DNA of 54,277 nucleotides from Nanobdellota archaeon (GTDB taxonomy: Archaea > Nanobdellota > Nanobdellia > Woesearchaeales > CAZZGN01). A program made the position numbers and the translations under genes. Below the pieces are notes generated by a model that had not been told where the DNA came from, searched no databases, and was given only the letters and a program-made list of their open reading frames with translations. The stretch spans positions 1 through 54,277 of the forward strand of contig JBNJDG010000005.1 in assembly GCA_051819665.1 (NCBI GenBank), given 5' to 3'. Below, in pieces: positions 1 to 10,297 of this stretch (its first letter is position 1; each line of letters begins with the position of its first letter).

Positions 1-279
1 GGTAGGGACAGCATAAGCCACCTTCTGTATCATGCCGACATTCAACTAAGCGTCCGAACGGACTTGCACCGGCCGGGACTCACCGTTTCATCCTTCCCTG
101 CAGAAACGTCATCCGGGTTAACTCGGCCTTATCGCTAAAACCTTCGCCGGTTTCATCCTCTCTGCAGGAGGTCTCGTTTCTGAGTGATTGCCATCCTGTT
201 AGGGATCTCGCTTTCGCGAGCGGCCACTGATGGTGGGTGGACTTTCCTCATTATGATGATGGTCGGCTGCTGCCCTACC
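1..279 (-). ncRNA. rnpB: RNase P RNA
   Basis: Minus strand has GAGGAAAGUCCACC and ACAGAAGGUGGCUUA (P4 halves) and terminal P1 GGUAGGGCAGCA/UGCUGUCCCUACC; TATA-like TTTATAAA at 303-310 inside the end of the upstream CDS. Confidence 0.95.
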
Positions 280-289
280 AGAATAAGAG

Positions 290-1348
290 TCAATCCTTTC
301 TCTTTATAAATTTGACTATTACCAGTCTCTCCCTGCCGAGAGAGCTCTCCACCTCCTCATGGACTTCAAAACCATCCACAAGATCCTTTATATAGGATAT
401 CGTCTTCGGATTGGAGACGAGGGTAATATTCCCCTCATCCTTGAGCAGGAATTTTGCCTGATAGAAAAACTCTTTCACCAGGTCCTTATAATCCTTGAAA
501 TACTCTGTATACCTCGGAGGATCTGTAACTATGACATCCACTTCCTTCTCATCGAACTTAGTATCGAGCCACGAGACATCTATCTTGCTGAAACCAATGA
601 ACTCATTCACACCAGCGATCTTCGCGTTCTTCCTCGCCGCCCTGACATGATTGAGCTGGCAGTCATACCCATAAACATCCAACTTCTCAGAAGAATACTC
701 CTCCTCATCCACAGGGAAATCATCGATCGAATAATGTTTAGGAGAAAGCCCCGAACCGTACAAGCCGGCCTCTATAGGTATTATACCGCTCCCGCAGAAA
801 GGATCGACAAGAACTTTCTCCTTCGAATAACCCGCTTTCCTGAGAAGCAGAAATCCAAGAGTACCCTTGAGCGAAGCAGGATGATTGAACACCTTATAAT
901 CCCTCTTACTGAGGTCCATGCGGAGCTCGTCAAATCCGACATAACAATCATCGTCCTTTATATAGATATATATTATATTATCAGGCTCTTCCAGATCCAC
1001 TTCTATATCATTATTCTCGAGGATGAAACCGCCGGCCTTCTCCTGTATATCGTGGCTGGAGAAATCATGATCCCCGTCTCTCTTGCATTTTATCCTGAAA
1101 CTTCCCTCGAGCTTCATATCCAGAAGCTTTCTGAGGCCTTCAAAGAATTTCTCGTCAACACTAAGCTCGCCAATATACTTCAGGACCTTTATGACAGACT
1201 GGCTCTGGTAAGCCAACTGAGCCCTCTTCTCACTGTCGAACCTGACGACGGAATTCCCGCAAGAGGTCTCACAATCTAGCTTTTCTTTGATCTCCTCTTC
1301 CGCCTGCTTTTCAAGCCCTTTATGAGTTATCGCCAGACTCTCCATCAA
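290..1348 (-). CDS. THUMP-domain SAM-dependent RNA guanine methyltransferase (Trm14/RlmL-like)
   Basis: THUMP-like region, DPFCGSG SAM motif, TDPPRY motif IV. Confidence 0.85.
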   Translation of the reverse strand: MMESLAITHKGLEKQAEEEIKEKLDCETSCGNSVVRFDSEKRAQLAYQSQSVIKVLKYIGELSVDEKFFEGLRKLLDMKLEGSFRIKCKRDGDHDFSSHDIQEKAGGFILENNDIEVDLEEPDNIIYIYIKDDDCYVGFDELRMDLSKRDYKVFNHPASLKGTLGFLLLRKAGYSKEKVLVDPFCGSGIIPIEAGLYGSGLSPKHYSIDDFPVDEEEYSSEKLDVYGYDCQLNHVRAARKNAKIAGVNEFIGFSKIDVSWLDTKFDEKEVDVIVTDPPRYTEYFKDYKDLVKEFFYQAKFLLKDEGNITLVSNPKTISYIKDLVDGFEVHEEVESSLGRERLVIVKFIKRKD

Positions 1349-4300
1349 CTATACTCTCCTCTTCCTTCTCGCCTATTATCTTTGCAGCACCGACAACATT
1401 GTCATCCTCTTTCATCTTCATAAGCCTTACTCCCTGCGTATTCCTGCCTATCACTGAAACATCATGGACATTCGTCCTGATGACAATGCCTTTCCTGGTG
1501 ATAAGGAGGATCTCATCAAGCTCGGAGACAGCTTTCACCGAAGTGACCTCGCCGTTCCTGTCATTAGATTTTATATTGATTACACCCTTGCCACCACGGT
1601 TTATTAGCCTGTAATCCTCTACAGGCGTCCTCTTACCGTAACCATTAGCAGTTATAGTAAGAATGCTTCCTTCAGCCTTCACAGCACCGACGACATGATC
1701 ATCACCATTAAGACTAATACCCCTGACACCGTGAGCGGTCCTTCCCATATCACGGACATCGGTCTCCCTGAACCTTGCTGCAAGACCCTGCTTAGTAGCG
1801 AGAATTATCTCATCATTACCGCTGGTCTCGAGGACATTCATCAGCCTTTCATCCTCAGCTGTGTTTATGGCTCTTATTCCTCCTCTTCTCGGCCTGCTGA
1901 ACTGTTCCATGCTCGTCCTCTTGACATAGCCTTTATCTGTGGCCATGAAAAGATAATGATCCTTCTTGAATTCCTTGACAGGTATGTAAGCGGTTATGTT
2001 CTCATCAGATTCCTTGCCTATCAGGTTGACTATAGCCTTGCCCCTTGACTGCCTTGCCGCCTCAGGAATGTTATAGACCTTGAGCCAATAGACCTTGCCC
2101 TTATCCGTGAAGAACATCAGATAGCTGTGTGTATTAGCGACGAATATGCTCTCGACGAAATCACCTTCTTTGGTCGTGGCCCCGACAACGCCTTTGCCGC
2201 CTCTTCTCTGCTGCCTGTAAGTATCGATGGCAAGCCTCTTTATATAACCATGATTGGATATCGTAACAACAACATCCTCTTCCTCTATCAGCTCTTCTAT
2301 ATCAGTATCTCCGTCTTCCTCATATACGATATCGGTCTTTCTCTTATCTCCATACTTCTCTTTTATTGAAACTAACTCACCTTTTATTATCTCAAGCACT
2401 TTGCTTTCTGATTCCAGGATGGATCTGAGTTCTGCGATTGTCTCTTTAAGGCTCTTCTGTTCATCCCTCAATTTCTCCCTCTCAAGAGAGGATAGTTTCT
2501 GGAGCTTCATATCGAGGATGGCCTTAGCCTGCTTCTCAGATAGTGAATAATCCTCCATCAGCATGGAAGAGGCGGAAGCTGTATCCTCTGAAGCCTTGAT
2601 CTTCCCAACAACTTCATCTATATCATCCAGAGCGGTTATAAGACCTTCAAGGATATGAGCTCTGGCTTTAGCCTTATCGAGCTCGAATTCGGTCCTTCTC
2701 GTTATTACCTCCTTACGATGCTTAACGAACTGAGATATTATATCCTTCAGACTGAGAGTCCTGGGCTCATTATCAACAAGAGCCAACATGTTAAGACCGT
2801 AAGAGACCTCGAGCCTGCTGTACCTGAAGAGCTGATTGATGAGTACTTCGCTCTGGGCATCCTTCTTGAGCTCTATCACTATCCTCATGCCTTCCCTGTC
2901 AGACTCATCACGAAGATCCCTTATGCCATTGATCTTCTTGTCCTTGACAAGATTAGCTATCTGTTCTATCAATGCCGCCTTATTCACCTGATAGGGTATC
3001 TCGTCTATAATGATCCTTTCCTTGCCCTTGACCTCCTCGACATGGTACTTGGACCTGATCTTTATTTTTCCTCTTCCTGTCTTATAGGCTTTCTCAAGGC
3101 CTTTATCAGTAGAGATAATTCCCCTCGTAGGGAAATCGGGTCCCTTGATATAACCCATCATATCATCGACTGTTATATCCGGATCATCTATATACGCATT
3201 TATGCCGTCACAAAGCTCAGTAAGATTATGGGGAGGGATATTAGTGGCCATCCCGACAGCTATACCTGCAGTTCCGTTAGCAAGAACATTAGGGAGCTTC
3301 GAGGGCAGTACATCCGGCTCTTTCAGGCTACCGTCGAAATTCTCGGAATAATCGACCGTATCCTTATCTATATCAGCAAGCATCTCCTCAGAAAGCTTGT
3401 TCATCCTTGCCTCAGTGTTATGATTCAGAAAACCATTAGCAACGAACGAATGACAATCACTCTCTACCTTAACAGAATATACCTTCTCAGGTTTATCATC
3501 ACTCACAGAGACCACTTTGTTGAAGAAATACTTCCTCTCAAGAAGCATCTTCACAATCTTCATGTCAGCCGGTTTAAGTATCTTTGAAAGTTTAGAAAGA
3601 TTCTTCTCAAGCAGATTATACCTGTCCAGATTATTTTTCTGGATAAAGTTATGACTATACTCCGACCTGAGATAATCAGATATATAAGGAATATAATCCG
3701 TCTTGCTCATCCTTAATGAGTTAAGCTTATCAGCCTCATCTAAGACCGAGTTTTTCTTTTCAGAAAAAAAGCCGATTTCCTTAAACTTACTTATGCTATA
3801 TGCACCTGATATGATAAGCTTATAGCATTTCTTCCTGTCATGATAAGGTTTTGTAGTGACAACACCGAAATTAAGAAGCAGGGTCTTAAGCTGTCTTACG
3901 AGTTTCAGGCTTTTAGTGTTATAGGTGAGCTCTATCGATTTTCCACCATGTCTTTTATCAGTATTAAGCTTAACAGAACCATCACCTTCAAAAAGCCCCC
4001 TGAGGAAAGCCAGGACTACACCCTTCTTTGACCTCAGCACAGAAAAAGGTATCTCTTTCTTATCCGACCTTGAATTCTTGAACCCAATGTTTGAAAGGAA
4101 CCTGACGATCTGCTGATGGTAAAGATCAAATTCCTTGCATCCACCACTGATATCTCTCTCATAAAATTCCAAACCTTTAAAGGTCTTCTTCAGAGAGCTC
4201 TTGACAGCCTCATAATAAACATGGTCTGAGTTATTAAACATTATCTTATTCTGATGAAAGCTGCCCTCAGCTACAAGAGCACCTAAAGCAAAGGCAAGAT

Positions 4301-5066
4301 CCTTTGTCATCTTCTTTGGAAGACCGAATTCACTGCCCTTATTAATCTCAGGGAAAAACTGCTCAAGAGACAGATTCTCCTTTGAGAACATTGAATAATT
4401 TCTCTGAAGTAAAGCCACATCACCCTTCTTAACATCAGAAAGCATCTTCCACTTGAATACCGGTACGCCGAATTCATTCCTGGTCCAGCAAAGGAGCGGA
4501 TGATTATGGCTTCCGGCAATGCTGTAGCCCTGCTCAGTCTCAACTCTCTTTATATCATGCTTTCCCGAATCAAAGAACCTTGAAGCCTTATTCTTCCTGC
4601 CGTCATAACTTAAGACCTTAAAGGAGACCTCATCTTCTCTCTTATCAGATATGTCCCCTATATTAAATATACCCTTGTCTGTAAGTATTAAAGAATCACC
4701 AGTGATACAATACCTCATGGCTGCAGCCGAGTCACCATCGACGCTCCCGAAGTTACCATGACCATTGACCAGAGTGTAATTGAGCGAGAATTCCTGCGCC
4801 ATCCTCACCATAGCATCATAGACGGAAGTGTCACCATGAGGATGGTACTTACCCAGGACTTCACCTACGATCCTTGCAGACTTCTTATAGGGCTTATTAT
4901 GGAACATGCCCATAGAATGCATAGCATAGAGTATCCTCCTGTGGACAGGTTTTAGACCGTCACGGACATCAGGCAGAGCCCTTGAGACGATGACTGACAT
5001 CGCATAATCAAGATAGCTCTGCTTCATCTCTTCTTCGATCATTCCCTCTTTAATCTCTGGTTTCAT
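1320..5066 (-). CDS. gyrA: DNA gyrase subunit A with intein (817 aa after splicing)
   Basis: [28 protein letters not shown] catalytic Tyr119, GyrA-box QRRGGKG, C-terminal pinwheel repeats. Confidence 0.97.
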   Translation of the reverse strand: MKPEIKEGMIEEEMKQSYLDYAMSVIVSRALPDVRDGLKPVHRRILYAMHSMGMFHNKPYKKSARIVGEVLGKYHPHGDTSVYDAMVRMAQEFSLNYTLVNGHGNFGSVDGDSAAAMRYCITGDSLILTDKGIFNIGDISDKREDEVSFKVLSYDGRKNKASRFFDSGKHDIKRVETEQGYSIAGSHNHPLLCWTRNEFGVPVFKWKMLSDVKKGDVALLQRNYSMFSKENLSLEQFFPEINKGSEFGLPKKMTKDLAFALGALVAEGSFHQNKIMFNNSDHVYYEAVKSSLKKTFKGLEFYERDISGGCKEFDLYHQQIVRFLSNIGFKNSRSDKKEIPFSVLRSKKGVVLAFLRGLFEGDGSVKLNTDKRHGGKSIELTYNTKSLKLVRQLKTLLLNFGVVTTKPYHDRKKCYKLIISGAYSISKFKEIGFFSEKKNSVLDEADKLNSLRMSKTDYIPYISDYLRSEYSHNFIQKNNLDRYNLLEKNLSKLSKILKPADMKIVKMLLERKYFFNKVVSVSDDKPEKVYSVKVESDCHSFVANGFLNHNTEARMNKLSEEMLADIDKDTVDYSENFDGSLKEPDVLPSKLPNVLANGTAGIAVGMATNIPPHNLTELCDGINAYIDDPDITVDDMMGYIKGPDFPTRGIISTDKGLEKAYKTGRGKIKIRSKYHVEEVKGKERIIIDEIPYQVNKAALIEQIANLVKDKKINGIRDLRDESDREGMRIVIELKKDAQSEVLINQLFRYSRLEVSYGLNMLALVDNEPRTLSLKDIISQFVKHRKEVITRRTEFELDKAKARAHILEGLITALDDIDEVVGKIKASEDTASASSMLMEDYSLSEKQAKAILDMKLQKLSSLEREKLRDEQKSLKETIAELRSILESESKVLEIIKGELVSIKEKYGDKRKTDIVYEEDGDTDIEELIEEEDVVVTISNHGYIKRLAIDTYRQQRRGGKGVVGATTKEGDFVESIFVANTHSYLMFFTDKGKVYWLKVYNIPEAARQSRGKAIVNLIGKESDENITAYIPVKEFKKDHYLFMATDKGYVKRTSMEQFSRPRRGGIRAINTAEDERLMNVLETSGNDEIILATKQGLAARFRETDVRDMGRTAHGVRGISLNGDDHVVGAVKAEGSILTITANGYGKRTPVEDYRLINRGGKGVINIKSNDRNGEVTSVKAVSELDEILLITRKGIVIRTNVHDVSVIGRNTQGVRLMKMKEDDNVVGAAKIIGEKEEESIVDGESGDNS
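3417..4709 (-). mobile_element. Intein with LAGLIDADG homing endonuclease, 431 aa (residues 120-550)
   Basis: Starts CITGDS directly after AMRY, ends [10 protein letters not shown] before TEAR; internal LGALVAEGS and [10 protein letters not shown] motifs. Confidence 0.95.
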
Positions 5067-5190
5067 AGGGAATAATGGGAATTCCTTCCCTTTTTATATG
5101 TTTTGATTATAGTCTTGCCCGAGAAAGGCTGTGAAAGGCGAATTCTGTATTCTCAGCCTGAAGAATACCGCCTGCAGAGAAGCTGAGGGA

Positions 5191-5334
5191 TCACTCTCCC
5201 TTGATTATATTCCCGAGTACCTTAAAGCTCTTTCCACAGAACACACAGGACTTACTCTTTCCCGTCAGTGTCCCCTTCAGGAGCTGATACTTCATCTTGT
5301 TCTTGCATGCCGGGCATCTTAGAAGGTAAATCAT
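5191..5334 (-). CDS. 47-aa zinc-ribbon microprotein overlapping the scpB 3' end (not in ORF track)
   Basis: Manual translation MIYLLRCPACKNKMKYQLLKGTLTGKSKSCVFCGKSFKVLGNIIKGE; two CxxC pairs; AAGGAG 7 nt before the ATG. Confidence 0.75.
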   Translation of the reverse strand: MIYLLRCPACKNKMKYQLLKGTLTGKSKSCVFCGKSFKVLGNIIKGE

Positions 5335-5809
5335 TGAACATCTCCTTTACTTCCTTATCCGATTCCACATCAAAGTATTCATAGAACTTTGTGGTGAGCC
5401 TGAGAACCCTTGTACGACCCTGTTTCTCTGATTTTATGAAACCTGCATCCTCAAGCTGTCTCAGATGATCATAAGCCTTATTTGTCCTTATCTTTATTAT
5501 ATCCGACTGCATGGCAGGGTTCTTCCAGGCAACAACTGCCAGGGTTTCCATAAGGGTCTTGCTTATCTCAGTATCAGTCACGAGTTTCCTTATGTAAGGT
5601 ATGAAATCCTGCTTAACGGTCATCTTCCAGCCATCATCCTCATCAAGAATAGCTATAGAAGTCTCCTTATACCTCTCCTTTAGAGACTCAATAGCCTGCT
5701 TGATATCCTCTTCCTTCCTTACCTTTGCAAGCCTTCTAAGCTCGGAGAGGGATAATTTCCTCCCGGAAGAGAAAAGTACGGATTCCACACGATTTATCTT
5801 GTCTTTCAT
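5252..5809 (-). CDS. scpB: SMC-Scp complex subunit ScpB
   Basis: ESVLFSSG, ETLAVVAWKNP, TTKFYEYFD tandem winged-helix pattern. Confidence 0.9.
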   Translation of the reverse strand: MKDKINRVESVLFSSGRKLSLSELRRLAKVRKEEDIKQAIESLKERYKETSIAILDEDDGWKMTVKQDFIPYIRKLVTDTEISKTLMETLAVVAWKNPAMQSDIIKIRTNKAYDHLRQLEDAGFIKSEKQGRTRVLRLTTKFYEYFDVESDKEVKEMFNDLPSKMPGMQEQDEVSAPEGDTDGKE

Positions 5810-6381
5810 TTCAGATAATACTTACCTTTTTCCTCTTTTATCTTTCCTTCCTCTACGAGCTTGTCCGCATACTGCTTAAGCTTGTCCTGCTTGACACCGG
5901 AAAGCTTCTCCATATCCTCAATTGTTCTTGGTTTCGTCAGCATATACTTGATAAAATTCCTGATTATATTGGTGAGGCTCTTGTTATATGTCTGATTGTC
6001 CTGATGCAGCTTCTTAGCAAGCATGTCCACATGATGGAGCCTTCCCTGAAGATCAGTAAGGAGATCGGTCATCACATTCATATTGATAGTCTTCTTATCA
6101 GGCTCTAGTATCTCGATACTGGAAGGCATGTAATCGAAACAGAAATTTATCACCTTCGACATATCCTTGAACCAAGCCTTAACTTCAGCGAAAGTGCTGT
6201 ACATGTCCTCCTGCTCGGTCGGTTCCTCAATGTGGGAGTCCTCTACCTCAATCTCCTTATCCTGCTTGATGTTCTCAACATGATCCTTGATAGCTTTATG
6301 TATATGCTCTTTAGGCTTACCAACCACCTCGAGAACGGCATGGGCAAGCACTTGTCCTTCTTCGGCTTTCTCGTTTACCAT
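5806..6381 (-). CDS. Hypothetical protein with coiled coil and probable C-terminal winged helix
   Basis: 191-aa ORF, 4-nt overlap with scpB start. Confidence 0.7.
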   Translation of the reverse strand: MVNEKAEEGQVLAHAVLEVVGKPKEHIHKAIKDHVENIKQDKEIEVEDSHIEEPTEQEDMYSTFAEVKAWFKDMSKVINFCFDYMPSSIEILEPDKKTINMNVMTDLLTDLQGRLHHVDMLAKKLHQDNQTYNKSLTNIIRNFIKYMLTKPRTIEDMEKLSGVKQDKLKQYADKLVEEGKIKEEKGKYYLK

Positions 6382-6476
6382 AAATCAAGTATAGGACAAG
6401 CTGTTTATAAATTTTGTTATACCAGATAGTTGAGAAGAATCATAAAGATGCATAAAAAATCAAATCATATGATGAT

Positions 6477-7151
6477 CTAATAAAAATCAAACGCCTTCTG
6501 GTTGTCATATTTAGCCGTATAATCCTCATTCTGAACCAGTATATTCGCTTTCATAGAGGAATCCCCGAACCATCTGTTCCTGTTAAGGTTCTTACTTATA
6601 GTATTCACCAGACCCACAAAACCCAGCATATCAGCATAGACAAGGTTATCACCCTTCATTTCAATATGGTTCTCTCCCATCACATCGATCTTATCAGACA
6701 ACTCGGGATTAACCCCCTTGAGTTTCCCGTCCCTGAGCTTATCCTTTGCCTCCTCTATCTTCTCTGCAACGAAAGGGATAGGAAGATTATCATAATCTGC
6801 TGCTGCACGAACATTCTGTTCTCCGCCCTGCCTGTAAAGATCCCATCCAAGCGGAACGTTCTTATACTTACCGGAAGAGAAAGAAGCAGAATCAATATTT
6901 ACACCCATAAAACCCTTTATATTCGGCAGGATATCAATCACATCATCAACATAAACACCTTCTCTGAAAGATATTTTCATCCCGAGTTTCCCTTCTTTAT
7001 TATCCTTTATCCTTGAAACCCTGGAAACAGAAGGAAAAGTGTCTATATAGGACCTGAACATGCTCTTTTCTGATTTTTCAGCCCTGTAACCCTTCATCTG
7101 AGGTTTCATTGTGAGATTTAATTTTCTTACTGGTATATTTTCTTCATTCAT
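6477..7151 (-). CDS. Hypothetical protein
   Basis: 224-aa ORF, GGGGGT upstream, no recognised motif. Confidence 0.6.
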   Translation of the reverse strand: MNEENIPVRKLNLTMKPQMKGYRAEKSEKSMFRSYIDTFPSVSRVSRIKDNKEGKLGMKISFREGVYVDDVIDILPNIKGFMGVNIDSASFSSGKYKNVPLGWDLYRQGGEQNVRAAADYDNLPIPFVAEKIEEAKDKLRDGKLKGVNPELSDKIDVMGENHIEMKGDNLVYADMLGFVGLVNTISKNLNRNRWFGDSSMKANILVQNEDYTAKYDNQKAFDFY

Positions 7152-7231
7152 TCATCTAACCCCCTATAAATAACCAGGATAAAACAATCATATATATATC
7201 TTTTCCAGACCACCATAAAGTGAAAAACTGC

Positions 7232-7789
7232 TTAGGACATACGGTCCCTTATCCCTTTATAAACGAGATAGAACAGGATAACAGCAATATTGCCCAATAG
7301 GAACCACACCGCTATATCGGGCTGTGATGCGGCTGAAGAGGCAGTTGCTGATGCAGAATCATAAGTTTCTGAGGCCATCCTGACAGCTTCTCTTCCTGCA
7401 GGTGCTGCATCATAGAATAACCTTATCCCAAAATAACCAAGGACTGCGAAAATACCAAGAGGTATGACCTCCTTGAGCCTGTCAAGGAAATTTCCCCCTC
7501 TCGGAGAGATGACAATGTACTTGTTAACAAGAGTGTAATGCTTCACCTCCCGGCCCTTCTCACTATAATGATACTCAGGACTTTCAACCAAACCGACTTC
7601 CTCAAGCTTCCTCAGATTATAATGGACCGTGGACATCGCCAGTCCCAGTCCTTTCGCAATGTCCGACTCAGTGGCCTTATCGTTCTTCGAGAGATGATCG
7701 AGCACCTTCTTGCATGATTCACTGGAAAGCGCCTTTGCAACTTTAGACAATCTGCCCTCATCCATATTGATTACTGTCATGTCTTCCAT
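7232..7789 (-). CDS. ArsR-like winged-helix regulator with two C-terminal TM helices
   Basis: ESDIAKGLGLAMSTVHYNLRKLEEVGLV HTH followed by two hydrophobic segments. Confidence 0.8.
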   Translation of the reverse strand: MEDMTVINMDEGRLSKVAKALSSESCKKVLDHLSKNDKATESDIAKGLGLAMSTVHYNLRKLEEVGLVESPEYHYSEKGREVKHYTLVNKYIVISPRGGNFLDRLKEVIPLGIFAVLGYFGIRLFYDAAPAGREAVRMASETYDSASATASSAASQPDIAVWFLLGNIAVILFYLVYKGIRDRMS

Positions 7790-7850
7790 AATCCCGAGAA
7801 AAGAAAAACTTATATTTAAATCATTCCACCTAAGCTCATGAGGTGTTCAT

Positions 7851-8303
7851 ATGGTCTGTGATATGTGCGGAAGATCCGGTAAGATGTATAAAGCTTTGAT
7901 AGAGGGTACCCAGATGACCGTCTGCGAAAATTGCAGCAGACACGGGAAGGTTATCGATAAGAACCAAAGATCCACAACAGCGAAGAACCCTAGGCCGAAA
8001 CCCAGGAAACCTGAGAATGTGCTAGTGATAACAGAAGATTACGCTAAAAAGATAAAGGACGCAAGAGAGAAGATGGGCCTAAAACAGGAAGATTTCGCTA
8101 AAAAGATAGCTGAAAAGCAATCGCTCCTGCACAATATTGAGTCAGGACACTTCGAACCCAACATAAACCTTGCAAGGAAACTGGAAAAGTTCTTCAATAT
8201 AAAACTCGTGGAACAACAGAAAGCTTCGGGAAGCGTTTCTGCCGGCTCGGAGACAAGAGGACTCACTTTGGGAGACATGATGAAGGACAAACTGAAGAGA
8301 TGA
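7851..8303 (+). CDS. mbf1: Archaeal multiprotein bridging factor aMBF1
   Basis: N-terminal CDMCG...VCENC Zn ribbon, Cro-type HTH, C-terminal TLGD. Confidence 0.9.
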   Translation: MVCDMCGRSGKMYKALIEGTQMTVCENCSRHGKVIDKNQRSTTAKNPRPKPRKPENVLVITEDYAKKIKDAREKMGLKQEDFAKKIAEKQSLLHNIESGHFEPNINLARKLEKFFNIKLVEQQKASGSVSAGSETRGLTLGDMMKDKLKR

Positions 8304-9047
8304 TCATTCTCCTTTCACTTCTTCTTTTTCTTTAGTATCATTAATCGGCTTTACCCCGTCACAGACTTCCGGGCTTTCGGAAAACTTATCACATATTATG
8401 CTGAGTATCTCGTCCTTATCTGTCAGGCCTTCCTTGACCTTATCGCCTATCACCAGAGTTGGATAATCATCCACCTCATACCTCTCCTTGAGCATCTTTA
8501 CCAAAGGCTCTCTCTCAAAATTCGCATCTATCGAGAACACGAGTATGTCCTCCTTAAGAAGCTTCTTGAAATAATTCAGTACAAAAGCCTGCTCCTCACA
8601 ATTCGGGCATTCCTTCTTATCTGAGAAGAAATAAAGCACTGTTACCTTATCAACATCACATACTTCATTAGCTTCCTTTGATATACGATAATATCTCAGC
8701 TGAGCAAGGATATATTTCCTCCAGAGACGTCTGAAATCTTCCTCATTAACATCGGCATTATCCTTGTACCTTTCCAGCCTGATCCTTGTGTCTTCCAGAT
8801 CCTTCAGGTAAGTATCAAATGTCCTCATGTAAGCATCACAGTCCCTGCTTCCCGTCATACTCTCCAGGAACTGGTACTGGAGCTGAAGACTCTCAAGATC
8901 AAGGGACTGTTCCTTATTCTTCTCAGTTATATAGTCGACCCTCTTGGACTCAAGAACAAACCCCAATAAAAGGCCAATGAGGAATATTCCGAGGGTTATG
9001 AAGAATGCGGCAAAATATCTTCTCTTCTTGAAATTGCTCCTCACCAT
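8304..9047 (-). CDS. Membrane-anchored protein with coiled coil and thioredoxin-like CxxC domain
   Basis: N-terminal TM; VLYFFSDKKECPNC; YPTLVI cis-Pro-like motif. Confidence 0.7.
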   Translation of the reverse strand: MVRSNFKKRRYFAAFFITLGIFLIGLLLGFVLESKRVDYITEKNKEQSLDLESLQLQYQFLESMTGSRDCDAYMRTFDTYLKDLEDTRIRLERYKDNADVNEEDFRRLWRKYILAQLRYYRISKEANEVCDVDKVTVLYFFSDKKECPNCEEQAFVLNYFKKLLKEDILVFSIDANFEREPLVKMLKERYEVDDYPTLVIGDKVKEGLTDKDEILSIICDKFSESPEVCDGVKPINDTKEKEEVKGE

Positions 9048-10282
9048 TTCTGCACTCTCCTCGTCACAAGGTCCTTGATGAGACCGAACCAGACAACACT
9101 AAGCAGGAGGAAATAGAAGAACACGAAAGAGATGACCATCGGGACACCATATTTCGTTGTCTTCTCTCTCGTGGAACTGTTGGCCATATAAAGCATGAAT
9201 ATAGACAAGGAGACCATAACCACCAGGATGAGTATATTGGATATGTTCACATCCAACAGGTTCAGATTGGGGGTAAAATCTTTTATGAATGTCATGAAAT
9301 CAAAATTGACCAGATTCATATTGAACATATAATCCACATAAGGCTCAAGAAAATTATAGGTCAGTGTAGACATCAGGATTATTGCAATCACGCCGGAGAT
9401 TATGAGTATAGGTAACTGGATCATCCCGAAATCACCCCAGCGGGCGTTGAAAAGCATCTCCTTATATTTCAGGGCATTAAAAAGACCACCCTTGAACCAC
9501 CTGTTTCTCTGGTTGTAATACTTCCTGAAATTCTCAGGGGCAACAGTGTACACCTCAGCACTCATATTCTGTATCAGCCTGTAATGCTTTTTCTGGAGCC
9601 TGATGGCCATCTCGAGATCTTCAGTGAGATTATCTGTCTCAAAACCCCCTTCTTTCTTCAACACCTCGGTCTTATAAGCACTGAAAGGCCCCGGTGCAAC
9701 ATGTATACAATCCAGAAAGCCCATAAGCTTCTTATAATAGATATTCAGAAGATATTCATACCATTGGAACTTCTGAAGGTAATTCTTCGGATTCTTCACC
9801 TTCATCAAAGGCAATACAGCTGCCACCCTCTCCTTGCTGAAATCTGGGATCATCTTATCAAGCGCATCCGGCTTCGCTTCCGAATCAGCATCAAGACAGA
9901 CAAAATACTCGCCTGTTGCCCTGTATAAAGCAGTATTGAGAGCAGCCCCCTTACCCTGATTCTTCTGGTCAACAACAGATACATTGCCACCTTCGTATTT
10001 CCTCATCAATTCAAGGGTTTTGTCCTCAGAACCATCATTTACCAAGATAATCTCGAGCTTATCCTTCGGATAATCAAGGTTAATGGCAGACTCGATCGTC
10101 GGGGCCAGAGATTTTTCCTCATTATAAGCTGGGACAGCAATGGTCACTCTGGGTCTGGAAGTCTTCTTCCCGCTCTCATCCTTGAGACCGTACTCTACAA
10201 AAACAAGTATCCAGAAGACGCAGAAGTACAAAGATACGAAGTACACAAGCCATTGCACAATGCTCCAGATAGTCAGATCCAT
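9041..10282 (-). CDS. Processive GT2 glycosyltransferase (IcaA/PgaC/cellulose-synthase-like)
   Basis: PAYNE, DGS, GKG, DAD, TED and QRNRW motifs plus TM helices. Confidence 0.9.
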   Translation of the reverse strand: MDLTIWSIVQWLVYFVSLYFCVFWILVFVEYGLKDESGKKTSRPRVTIAVPAYNEEKSLAPTIESAINLDYPKDKLEIILVNDGSEDKTLELMRKYEGGNVSVVDQKNQGKGAALNTALYRATGEYFVCLDADSEAKPDALDKMIPDFSKERVAAVLPLMKVKNPKNYLQKFQWYEYLLNIYYKKLMGFLDCIHVAPGPFSAYKTEVLKKEGGFETDNLTEDLEMAIRLQKKHYRLIQNMSAEVYTVAPENFRKYYNQRNRWFKGGLFNALKYKEMLFNARWGDFGMIQLPILIISGVIAIILMSTLTYNFLEPYVDYMFNMNLVNFDFMTFIKDFTPNLNLLDVNISNILILVVMVSLSIFMLYMANSSTREKTTKYGVPMVISFVFFYFLLLSVVWFGLIKDLVTRRVQKW

Positions 10283-10297
10283 GATTCACACACGTGT

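Noticed and set aside
359..3587. Long plus-strand ORFs (359-1279, 2655-3587) and similar antisense ORFs throughout
   Set aside because: Shadow frames of well-supported genes on the opposite strand; no motifs
5806..6381. Possible ScpA because it precedes scpB
   Set aside because: No recognisable kleisin N-terminal motif; left as hypothetical
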